Positions 53,347-61,835 of a stretch of DNA of 64,000 bases are shown here, in pieces. The notes beneath the pieces were generated by a model. The model saw only the letters and a list, made by a program, of their open reading frames with translations, did no database searches and was not told the DNA's origin. The position numbers and the translations under genes are program-made. Origin of the DNA: Vicinamibacterales bacterium (lineage in GTDB: Bacteria; Acidobacteriota; Vicinamibacteria; Vicinamibacterales; UBA2999); the NCBI GenBank assembly GCA_040081715.1, contig JBEBFY010000005.1, positions 48,699 to 112,698 of the forward strand, given 5' to 3'. Every line of letters starts with the position of its first letter. Positions within the stretch are counted from its first letter, which is position 1.

Positions 53347-55038
53347 ATGAGGATGATCATGATGCGAAGCACACTCTCTCTCGGTGTTGTGATGCGTGGG
53401 TGCGCGGTGGCCGTGCTTGTGGCGGCAAGTCTTGGGGCGGCCCGGCAGGGCGCGCTGCTCGACGCGGTCAAGGCGGGCGACGCGGCCGCGGTGCGGGCGC
53501 TGACCCAGCGCCCGGGTTCCGCGCGCGTGGCCGACACCGACGGCACCACGGCCCTGCATTGGGCAGTGGAGCGCGGCGAGGGGGCGATCGTCGACCTGCT
53601 CATCAAGGCGGGCGCGGACGTCAACGCCGTCAATCGCTTCGGCGTGATGCCGCTGGCACCGGCGAGCGAGAACGGCGACGCGGCGATGGTGCAGCGGTTG
53701 ATCAAGGCCGGCGCCGACCCGAAGGCCACGCTGGCTGGTGGCGAGACGTTGCTCATGACAGCTGCGCGGACCGGTGACGTAGAGACGATCAAGGCGCTCC
53801 TCGCGGCCGGGCTTGACGTGAACGCTCGTGAGAAGCGGCGTGGGCAGACGGCACTCATCTGGGCGGCCTCGCAGGGCAACTCCGCGGCGATCCGGACGCT
53901 CGTCGAGGCGGGGGCGGACATCACGATGCGCGCGACCGGGCCGGAGTCGGCGTCGCGTACGGGGCTGGTTGAGGGCGGTGGAGACGGTGCGTATGGTCGC
54001 ACCCGGTACCGGCCAGATGCCGCGACCCCGTTCCTCTTCGCCGTGCGGCAGGGCCACATGGACGCGGTGAAGACCCTGCTCGAAGTCGGGGCGAGCATCA
54101 ACGACACCCTCACGAACAAGACCGGCGCCCTCGTGCTCGCCATTTCCAACGCGCATTGGGAGCTGGCCGCTTACCTGATTGATCGCGGGGCGGATCCGAA
54201 CGCCGATGGGCAGGGGTGGGCCCCACTGCACCAGTTGGCCCGGACGCGCCGGGGCTTGGACGTGAACCGCTTCCCGTGGCCGGAGGTGACGGGCACGATG
54301 AGTGGCCTCGACCTGGCGAAGAAGCTGGTGAAGGCCGGTGCCGACGTCAACCGGAAGGCGGTGCGTAAGATCGCCGACGACGTGCGCAATAACTTCGGGC
54401 CTGGCGCCACGCCCTTTGCCATGGCGGCAAAGGCGAGCGACCTCGAACTGCTGAAGGTGCTCAAGGATCTGGGCGCTGATCCGGACATCCGCAACATCAA
54501 CGAGACGACGCCGCTGATGGCGGCGGTGGGCGTGGAGATGTTCAACCCCGGTGAGGACACCCACGACGACGATGAGACGATCCAGGTGGCCAAGTACCTG
54601 CTCAGCCTCGGGGCGCCCATCAACGCGAAGAACAAGTACGGCGAGTCGGCTCTGCTGGCCGCGGCGGCACGGGGGCCGATCCCGCTTGTGCAGTTGCTGC
54701 TCGACCACAACGCGAGCTTCGACGTGAAGGATCTGTTCGGGTGGACGCCGCTCATCTCCTCCGAGTGGGGCAAGAACTACGGTGGCCAGCAGATCAAGAA
54801 CCCGGAGATGGGCGCCTACATCCGCAAGCAGATGACGGAGCGGGGCCTCTCGACGGATCGGCCCACAGACAACGAGCTCTACGAGCGCATGTTCGGCGTG
54901 TGTGGTCACGGTGCCAACGTGAACCCGGCGCCTCCGGGTGGCACGCTGGCTGACCGGTGCAAGCCCGGGCGTGACCTCCGGAACGTGCAGCGCGGCAACG
55001 TGCCGCTGCCCGTCGACCTGGCCCTTCCGGCTCAGTAG
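53347..55038 (+). CDS. Secreted ankyrin-repeat protein (copy b)
   Basis: 563 aa from ATG 53347 with a signal-like N-terminus. The ankyrin units are colinear with copy a (DGTTALHWAVERGEGAIVDLLIKAGADVNA and others). Confidence 0.85.
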   Translation: MRMIMMRSTLSLGVVMRGCAVAVLVAASLGAARQGALLDAVKAGDAAAVRALTQRPGSARVADTDGTTALHWAVERGEGAIVDLLIKAGADVNAVNRFGVMPLAPASENGDAAMVQRLIKAGADPKATLAGGETLLMTAARTGDVETIKALLAAGLDVNAREKRRGQTALIWAASQGNSAAIRTLVEAGADITMRATGPESASRTGLVEGGGDGAYGRTRYRPDAATPFLFAVRQGHMDAVKTLLEVGASINDTLTNKTGALVLAISNAHWELAAYLIDRGADPNADGQGWAPLHQLARTRRGLDVNRFPWPEVTGTMSGLDLAKKLVKAGADVNRKAVRKIADDVRNNFGPGATPFAMAAKASDLELLKVLKDLGADPDIRNINETTPLMAAVGVEMFNPGEDTHDDDETIQVAKYLLSLGAPINAKNKYGESALLAAAARGPIPLVQLLLDHNASFDVKDLFGWTPLISSEWGKNYGGQQIKNPEMGAYIRKQMTERGLSTDRPTDNELYERMFGVCGHGANVNPAPPGGTLADRCKPGRDLRNVQRGNVPLPVDLALPAQ

Positions 55039-55065
55039 GGCCTGTCTGACCGGGCTGCCGGGTTC

Positions 55066-56943
55066 GTGCGGCTGACGACGCTTCGGCGCAGCGCAATCGC
55101 CGGCCTGACGGTGTGTGCGATTGCGGGCGCGTGGTTCGCCCTCTCGCCAGGCCAACCAGCGGAATCCAGCGTCACCACGAGGCCCATTCGTGTGGGCCGC
55201 GACGGGTCGGTGGCCTCGGACAGCTGCCGGACCTGCCACACCGGCGAGCACACCGCCTGGCGGGCGTCCTATCACCGCACGATGACGACGGTGGCCTCGC
55301 CGGCCGCCGCGCGTTTCGTCAACGACAACGTGCCGACGCCGTCCACGTGGGGGCCGATGAGCCTCGTGGCCAGGGACGGTGCGTTGTGGGCGAGTCTTCC
55401 CGATCCTGACCGCCCGCCTCCGGCAGAACCCGCCCGCATCACGCCGCGTGTGGCGCTCATCACCGGGTCGCATCACCAGCAGGTCTTCTGGTACGAAACG
55501 GGGCGCACGCGCGTGCTCGGTGCTTTCCCGTTGACGTACCTGATCGGCGAACGCCGTTGGATTCCGCGGTCTGCCGCGTTCCTTCAGCCGCCCGCCCCGG
55601 TCCTGCTGTCCGGGACCGGTCACTGGAACCAGGTCTGCATCAGTTGCCATACGACGGGGGGCGAGGCGCGCGTGCCCGACATGTATGCGCGGACGGACCC
55701 GGCGGCGATGACCGCGGATTCGCGCGTGCGCGAATTCGGTGTGGCCTGCGAGTCCTGTCACGGCCCCGGTGGTGGCCACGTCCGTTCGCCGAGGCGGCTC
55801 GCGAGTGTTGATGGTGCGGCGCCTGCGGGTGGCATCGTGAATCCTGCGCGTCTCGATCCGGTCCGCGCCTCCGAGGTCTGCGGCCAGTGCCACAGCGTGT
55901 GGGAGTGGCCGGACAGGGCCGCCGAGCGCGACGAGAACGAGCACGGATCAAAATTCCGTCCAGGCGACGTCCTCGCCCGATCCCGCTTCGTGGTCCAGCC
56001 CACGCGCAACCTGGACTCCCCCCGCGTGCGGGCGCTGCTGGCCGATGACCCGGACTTCATCCGCGATGCCTTCTGGCCCGACGGGACCATCGCACTGGCT
56101 GGACGCGAGTACAACGGCCTGATCGATTCACCATGCTTTACGCGGGCGGCCGCGGCGGATCGCACCCTGACGTGCCTGTCGTGCCACGCGCTGCATCAGG
56201 GCAAGGAGGACCGGCGTCCTGCGGAGGTCTGGGCCGACGACCAGCTGCAGCCACGGGCGAACAGTGACCAGGCCTGTCTCCAGTGTCACGAATCGATCCG
56301 CGCCCGAGTGACCGAGCACACGCACCACGCTGCCGGCTCCAGCGGCAGCCGCTGCTACAACTGCCACATGCCGTACACGACCTACGGGCTGCTCAAGACC
56401 GTGCGTGCGCATCGCATCACCAGCCCAGACGCGCGCGTGAGCCGCGAGACGGGCCGGCCTGACGCCTGCAGCCTGTGTCATCTGGACAAGCCGCTCGCCT
56501 GGACCGCCAGCCGGCTCGAGCGCTGGTACGGCATGCCGCAGCCTTCGCTTGACGACGAGGCACGTTCGACCCCGGCGGCGGTCGTCTGGGCGCTGACGGG
56601 CGATGCCCAGCAGCGGGCGGTGATGGCCGATGCCTTCGGCCGGGCCGAGGCGAGGGCCGTGTCGTCGGAGCACTGGGTGGCGCCCGTGCTGGCGACGCTG
56701 CTCGATGACCCGTATCCGGCCGTGCGGTTGATCGCAGCCCGTTCGCTGCGATTGTTCTCGCTGCCGGGCACGACACACTACGACTTCCTGGCGCCGCGCG
56801 AGGCGCGGATGCAGGCGAGTCGGCAGGCGCTTGCGGAGTGGCGAACGCGGGCGGGAGCGCCGCGCGCGCCGGTGGTGTCCGATGTCGCCCTCAGGGCGCT
56901 GACGGCGCGCCGCAACGACCGGCACGTGGCGCTGCGTGAGTGA
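55066..56943 (+). CDS. Octaheme c-type cytochrome with a HEAT-like C-terminal repeat region
   Basis: 625 aa. Eight CxxCH motifs were read in the translation (CRTCH, CISCH, CESCH, CGQCH, CLSCH, CLQCH, CYNCH, CSLCH). The C-terminus contains a HEAT/PBS-lyase-like unit (LLDDPYPAVRLIAARSL). Confidence 0.8.
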   Translation: MRLTTLRRSAIAGLTVCAIAGAWFALSPGQPAESSVTTRPIRVGRDGSVASDSCRTCHTGEHTAWRASYHRTMTTVASPAAARFVNDNVPTPSTWGPMSLVARDGALWASLPDPDRPPPAEPARITPRVALITGSHHQQVFWYETGRTRVLGAFPLTYLIGERRWIPRSAAFLQPPAPVLLSGTGHWNQVCISCHTTGGEARVPDMYARTDPAAMTADSRVREFGVACESCHGPGGGHVRSPRRLASVDGAAPAGGIVNPARLDPVRASEVCGQCHSVWEWPDRAAERDENEHGSKFRPGDVLARSRFVVQPTRNLDSPRVRALLADDPDFIRDAFWPDGTIALAGREYNGLIDSPCFTRAAAADRTLTCLSCHALHQGKEDRRPAEVWADDQLQPRANSDQACLQCHESIRARVTEHTHHAAGSSGSRCYNCHMPYTTYGLLKTVRAHRITSPDARVSRETGRPDACSLCHLDKPLAWTASRLERWYGMPQPSLDDEARSTPAAVVWALTGDAQQRAVMADAFGRAEARAVSSEHWVAPVLATLLDDPYPAVRLIAARSLRLFSLPGTTHYDFLAPREARMQASRQALAEWRTRAGAPRAPVVSDVALRALTARRNDRHVALRE

Positions 56944-56980
56944 GGCGCGGGCGGGACGCGTAAGGTGGGGCTCGGGCGGG

Positions 56981-57451
56981 CTACCGCGCGGGTTTGGTGG
57001 CGGTGAACCGGATCGCCGCCAGGGCCTTGATGTCGGTGGTCAATTCACGCGTCCCCTCCGGCATCTCGTTGAGCTTCAGGAGGAACGCCACGATGTCCAC
57101 GCACTCCTCGAGCGGGACGGAGCCCGGCCGCGTGCGCGGCATATTGGTGGCGATGAAGTCGTACAGCACGGCGACCGACGCCCCCTCCCAGTTGCTGGTG
57201 AAGTTGGGGCCCCGCAGCGGTGGCTCCGAATCGTCACCGCCGGAGGCGTCGTCGCGGTGACAGCCACCACAGGCGCGCATGTAGGCTTTCTCGCCGCGAG
57301 CGGCCTGGGCAGCGGAGTACACGCCATCCCACACCGTATCCGCGCCGCGCGCCTGGAGGCCAAGGCCCGCGAGCGGGAGGCCGCTCAGGGTGAGGCCGCT
57401 CAGGGTGAGGCACTGCACCGTCACGAGCCGCGAAAACCACCGTCGTCGCAT
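56981..57451 (-). CDS. Small secreted mono-heme c-type cytochrome (family copy 4)
   Basis: ATG 57451 gives MRRRWFSRLV. CGGCH is present, and the layout is the same family as 24109 and 36931 (GVYSAAQAARGE...VDIVAFLLKLNEMPEG). Confidence 0.7.
   Translation of the reverse strand: MRRRWFSRLVTVQCLTLSGLTLSGLPLAGLGLQARGADTVWDGVYSAAQAARGEKAYMRACGGCHRDDASGGDDSEPPLRGPNFTSNWEGASVAVLYDFIATNMPRTRPGSVPLEECVDIVAFLLKLNEMPEGTRELTTDIKALAAIRFTATKPAR
57379..57408. repeat. Perfect 15-bp tandem duplication (GGCCGCTCAGGGTGA x2) inside the signal-peptide coding region
   Basis: Read directly from the sequence. It encodes LTLSG-LTLSG in the minus-strand cytochrome gene. Confidence 0.9.
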
Positions 57452-57509
57452 CGAATTTGACTCTAGCATGGTGGGCGTGAGGGGCAATGCCGCATGTGCG
57501 GCCAGCGTC

Positions 57510-57980
57510 ATGGCACGCGTGATCGGCACCGTGGCGGCTTGTGCCGCCTGGGTGGCGATCGGTGTGGCGGCGCAGGAGTCGCGTGTTCCAATCGTGAACG
57601 ATCAGACGGCCTTCGCCCAGGCCATGGTGCGGGTGGATGAGGCGTGGGACATCGTCAGCCGCGCCATTGAGGGACCCTCCTACCTGCTGAACAGTGTGCG
57701 GGGCGACGGCCTGACGCGCCTCGATGACATCGGTCACACCCTGACCGGTGTGCGGGGCTTCTTCCTGGGGCGTTCACTGCCGGAAGGCGTGACGCGCGCC
57801 GACCGTGCGCGCGATGCCGTCGCCGAGTTGCGACGGGAACTCGCCAGGGCGGAGCCGGACCAGGCGGCCGCGATCGAGTTAGTGGAGTCGGTCAGGGCGG
57901 CCTGCGCTGCCTGCCACGGCCTGTACCGCGAGGGTGACGCCGGCCGCGGATTCCGCTTCAGGCCTGGGGTCGTGGAGTGA
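57510..57980 (+). CDS. Putative class II (cytochrome c-prime / b562-like four-helix) c-type cytochrome
   Basis: A helical protein of about 156 aa with a signal peptide. Its single CxxCH (CAACH) lies about 20 residues from the C-terminus, as in class II cytochromes c. Alternative start ATG 57468. Confidence 0.5.
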   Translation: MARVIGTVAACAAWVAIGVAAQESRVPIVNDQTAFAQAMVRVDEAWDIVSRAIEGPSYLLNSVRGDGLTRLDDIGHTLTGVRGFFLGRSLPEGVTRADRARDAVAELRRELARAEPDQAAAIELVESVRAACAACHGLYREGDAGRGFRFRPGVVE

Positions 57981-58101
57981 CGTGTCTGGCGCGACAGGCT
58001 GAGGCACGGCTGAGCCATCTGCGAGGTTGCGGAACACGGCCCGTGCCGTCAAGATCGGGCATCGGTTGTCCGGCCCATCGCGGGCGTGCGTGGAGGTGTG
58101 G

Positions 58102-59307
58102 ATGAAGGTGCTTCGAATGCTCGGTGCCGCCGCGTTGTCGGCGTTGACGATTGGCGTGGCCTGGGGGACGGGGCAGGTGAACCTGACGGCGGCCGACAAG
58201 GCCGATCAGATGCCAGTCTTCCAGTACGACCCCACGTGGCCGAAGATGCCGCTGCCCAACAAGTGGGCGCTCGGCACGGTGACCGGCGTGGACGTCGATG
58301 ACCAGGGCCACATCTGGATCGTGCACCGTCCCCATACCCTCCTGCACAACTTCGAGGATGGCCTGGAGCACAACCCGCCCACCGCGGAGTGCTGCCGGAT
58401 GGCCCCGCCGGTGATGGAATTCGACCAGGCCGGTGCGCTCCTGCGCTCCTGGGGCGGACCTGGCGCAGGCTTCACCTGGCCGGAGCATTCCCCGAAGGAC
58501 ATGCACGCGCCGGCGGCGAGCCCCGTGGCCTCCTGGAACGGCGAGCACACGGTGTACGTGGACTACAAGGGCCACGTCTGGATCGGCAACAACGCCGGCG
58601 AAGGCAGCGACGGTCACATCCTCAAGTTCACCCGCGAGGGCAAGTACCTGCTGACGGTGGGCCGTGTCGGGAAGGGCAAGGGCAGCAACGATACGACCAC
58701 GCTGGGCAAGCCCACGGGAGTGGCCGTGTGGAAGGCGACCAACGAAGTATTTGTCGCCGACGGCTACACCAACCGCCGCGTGATCGTGTTCGACGCCGAC
58801 ACCGGCGCGTACAAGCGGCACTGGGGTGCCTACGGCAAGCCGCCGGACGACAGCGTGAAGGAGCGGTTCGTGGCCGGCGGACCTCCGCCGACGCAGTTCA
58901 ACACGCCGCACGGGCTCGCGATCAGCCACGACGGTCTCGTCTATGTCACCGATCGGGGCAATTGCCGGATTCAGGTGTTCAAGGTGGACGGGACGTATGT
59001 GAACGAGGTGTTTGTCGGCACGAAGTCCCCGCAGGGGTCGGCGTTTGATGCCTCGTTCTCGGCGGACAAGGATCAGCGCTTCCTGTACATGCTGGATGGC
59101 CGGAGCGAGAAGGTCTGGATCCTGCGGCGGTCCGACCTCACACTCCTCGGTAGCTTCGGGGAGGGCGGGCACTTTCCCGGCGGGATGACGACGGCGCACA
59201 ACATGACCACCGACGCCAAGGGGAATATCTACGTCACCGAGAGCGGCGAGGGAAAGCGGGTGCAGCGCTTCCTCTTCAAGGGCCTGGCCCCGGCCCAGGT
59301 GCGGTAG
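58102..59307 (+). CDS. Secreted NHL-repeat beta-propeller protein (copy 3)
   Basis: 401 aa from ATG 58102 (GGAGGTG ribosome-binding site). It is colinear with copies 1 and 2 (HIWIVHRP, WGAYGKPPDD, VTDRGNCRIQVFKVDGTY, ESGEGKRVQRF). Confidence 0.75.
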   Translation: MKVLRMLGAAALSALTIGVAWGTGQVNLTAADKADQMPVFQYDPTWPKMPLPNKWALGTVTGVDVDDQGHIWIVHRPHTLLHNFEDGLEHNPPTAECCRMAPPVMEFDQAGALLRSWGGPGAGFTWPEHSPKDMHAPAASPVASWNGEHTVYVDYKGHVWIGNNAGEGSDGHILKFTREGKYLLTVGRVGKGKGSNDTTTLGKPTGVAVWKATNEVFVADGYTNRRVIVFDADTGAYKRHWGAYGKPPDDSVKERFVAGGPPPTQFNTPHGLAISHDGLVYVTDRGNCRIQVFKVDGTYVNEVFVGTKSPQGSAFDASFSADKDQRFLYMLDGRSEKVWILRRSDLTLLGSFGEGGHFPGGMTTAHNMTTDAKGNIYVTESGEGKRVQRFLFKGLAPAQVR

Positions 59308-59323
59308 GGCAGGCCTGGTGTTC

Positions 59324-59339
59324 TCCCCCGAAAGGGGGA
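59324..59339 (+). terminator. Short perfect hairpin TCCCCC-GAAA-GGGGGA, 17 nt after the NHL copy-3 stop
   Basis: A 6-bp G/C-rich stem with a GAAA tetraloop, read directly. Only TT follows, so it is at best a weak or partial terminator or an RNA-stability element. Confidence 0.3.
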
Positions 59340-59376
59340 TTACCCCGACGGCGCCCGGGCGGCTATATTTCCAGAG

Positions 59377-61824
59377 ATGAAGGCCGCATCGAACGTGGAA
59401 GGGACGCGAACCATGCTGAAGAGAAGTCCGATGGTGCTGCTGGCAGCCGGTATGTGCCTCTCCTTGGCTGTCGGAACCGCCGGCGCGGCGCCCCAGGCGG
59501 CCCCGGCCCAGGCGAAGGCGGTCGACGGCAAGGCCGTCATTGATAAGTACTGTGTGACCTGCCACAACGACCGCATGAAGGCGGCGGGGCTCTCGCTCGC
59601 CCAGGTGGACTTCCAGGACGTCGGGAAGCACAGCGACGCGCTGGAGCGCGTCGTCAGGAAGCTGCAGGCCGCGTCGATGCCGCCACCCGGCGCCCCGCGT
59701 CCCGACAAGGCGACCTACCTCGCCACCTCGGCCTGGCTGACCGGCAGTCTGGACCGCGCCGCGGCTGCCGCGCCCAACGCGGGCCGGGTGGCAGGCCTTC
59801 ACCGCCTCAACCGCGCCGAGTACCGCAACGTGATGCGGGACCTGCTGGGCGTGGAAGGACTCGATGTGGATCAGATGCTGCCGTCGGACGACGCCAGCTA
59901 CGGCTTCGATAACATCGCCGGCACGCTCGGCATCTCGCCGACGCACCTGGAGCGGTACCTGGCCGCTGCCCGCAAGGTGGCCCGCATTGCCGTGGGCGAC
60001 ACGACGATTCCCGCCTACGGTGAGACGGAGATGATCCCCAACGATCTCTCCCAGGACATGCAGTTCGAGCAGTTGCCGATGGGCACGCGCGGCGGCCATC
60101 TGGTGCGCCGGTACTTTCCGGTGGACGGGGAGTATCTGCTCCGCTTCCAGACCGTCACGGGCGTGCTCACCTCCGAGGACGAGCCGAACTTCGTGGAAGT
60201 GACTATCGACGGTGCGCGCGTCTTCTACAAGCAGGTCGAGCAGCGAAAGGCCATCGGCAACGACGACGAAGCCAGCACGAACTACGAAGTGCGGCTGGCG
60301 ATCAAGGCCGGGCTTCGCGAAGTGGGCATCGCCTTCCTCGAAACGACCTTGGCCCAGCCCGAGGACGTCATGAAGCCCTACCTGCGGCCGCCGGGTGTCT
60401 CCACCTTCAAGCACGCGCGCCTGGGCGGGTACGCCGGATCCAACGTCGCGCTGCTGTCGTTTACCGGTCCGGTGAGCGTCAGCGGTCCAGGCAATTCCCC
60501 AAGCCGGCGCCGGATCTTCGTCTGCCGTCCCGCGGCTGCCGCGGATGAGGCTCCGTGCGCCAGGCGCATCCTCTCGCAGCTGGCGCGTCGTGCGTATCGG
60601 CGGCCGGTGACGCCCGCTGAAGTCACGACGCTGATGGGCTTCTACACCACGGCGCGAGCCGACGGCGACTTCGACCGTGGCGTCCGCGTGGCGCTGCAGC
60701 GGATCCTGACGAGCCCGGATTTCCTGTTCCGGGTGGAGCGCCAGCCGGATACCGCTGTCGCCGGAAAGCCGTACCGCATCAGCGACCTCGAGCTGGCGTC
60801 GCGCCTCTCCTTCTTCCTGTGGAGTTCGATCCCGGACGACCAGTTGCTGGACGTAGCCGTGACCAACCGGCTGCACCAGCCGGATGTGCTGAACGCCCAG
60901 GTGCGCCGGATGCTCCGCGATCCCCGCAGTACCGCCTTCGTGGAGAACTTCGCGGGCCAGTGGCTGCGTCTGCGCAACATCAAGGCCGCGATTCCCGACA
61001 CCCGCATGTTCCCGAACTTCGACGACAACCTGCGGATTGCCTTCCGGCGCGAGACCGAGCTGTTCTTCACGAGCATCATCCGCGAGGACCGGAGCGCCCT
61101 CGACCTCATCGCCGCCGACTACTCGTTCCTGAACGAGCGGTTGGCCCGTCACTACGGCGTGCCGAACATCTACGGCAGCGAGTTCCGCCGGGTGACCTTC
61201 ACCAACGGCCAGCGCGGCGGGCTGCTTGGCCAGGGGAGTGTGCTGCTGGCCACGTCGCAGGCCAACCGCACGTCGCCTGTGACGCGCGGCAAGTGGATCC
61301 TCGAGAACCTCCTCGGGGCGCCGCCGCCCTCGCCACCGGCGAATGTGCCCGCGCTTGAGGACACCCCGGTGCAGGGGACGCTCCGGGAGCGGATGGAGCA
61401 GCACCGGAAGAACCCGGTCTGCGCCGCGTGCCACAAGGTGATGGACCCGCTCGGGTTCGCGCTGGAGAACTACGACCCGGTCGGCGCGTGGCGGACCCAT
61501 GAAGGGGCCACCTTGGTGGATGCCGAGGGCGCCATGCCGGACGGCACGGTGTTCAGCGGGGCGTCTGGGCTGCGGGCGTCCCTGGTGACCCAACCGGACA
61601 TCTTCCTGACCGCGTTGACCGAGAAGATGATGATCTACGCCACCGGCCGGGGCATGGAAGGCTACGACCGCCCGGCGTTGCGCGCGATTGTGCGGAAGGC
61701 CTCGGCCAGCAACTACCGGTTCTCCTCGTTCATGCTGGGCATCGTTAACAGTCTGCCGTTCCAGATGCGGCAGGCCGAGCCCCGGACGGCGCCGTCACCT
61801 ACGACGACCGCCGCCCGGCGCTAG
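59377..61824 (+). CDS. DUF1592-family multidomain protein with an N-terminal CxxCH motif (copy c)
   Basis: 815 aa (alternative start ATG 59413). It has YCVTCHN and the same conserved blocks as the other two copies. Confidence 0.85.
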   Translation: MKAASNVEGTRTMLKRSPMVLLAAGMCLSLAVGTAGAAPQAAPAQAKAVDGKAVIDKYCVTCHNDRMKAAGLSLAQVDFQDVGKHSDALERVVRKLQAASMPPPGAPRPDKATYLATSAWLTGSLDRAAAAAPNAGRVAGLHRLNRAEYRNVMRDLLGVEGLDVDQMLPSDDASYGFDNIAGTLGISPTHLERYLAAARKVARIAVGDTTIPAYGETEMIPNDLSQDMQFEQLPMGTRGGHLVRRYFPVDGEYLLRFQTVTGVLTSEDEPNFVEVTIDGARVFYKQVEQRKAIGNDDEASTNYEVRLAIKAGLREVGIAFLETTLAQPEDVMKPYLRPPGVSTFKHARLGGYAGSNVALLSFTGPVSVSGPGNSPSRRRIFVCRPAAAADEAPCARRILSQLARRAYRRPVTPAEVTTLMGFYTTARADGDFDRGVRVALQRILTSPDFLFRVERQPDTAVAGKPYRISDLELASRLSFFLWSSIPDDQLLDVAVTNRLHQPDVLNAQVRRMLRDPRSTAFVENFAGQWLRLRNIKAAIPDTRMFPNFDDNLRIAFRRETELFFTSIIREDRSALDLIAADYSFLNERLARHYGVPNIYGSEFRRVTFTNGQRGGLLGQGSVLLATSQANRTSPVTRGKWILENLLGAPPPSPPANVPALEDTPVQGTLRERMEQHRKNPVCAACHKVMDPLGFALENYDPVGAWRTHEGATLVDAEGAMPDGTVFSGASGLRASLVTQPDIFLTALTEKMMIYATGRGMEGYDRPALRAIVRKASASNYRFSSFMLGIVNSLPFQMRQAEPRTAPSPTTTAARR

Positions 61825-61835
61825 GAGCGACATCA

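Noticed and set aside
57958-61593. A 1211-aa minus-strand ORF. Similar giants lie at 53290-55944 (884 aa), 8774-11143 (789 aa), 16178-18355 (725 aa) and 7498-9105 (535 aa).
   Set aside because: All lie antisense to well-supported plus-strand genes and translate to low-complexity R/G/H/P/V-rich sequence. They reflect a lack of stop codons in GC-rich antisense frames, not genes.
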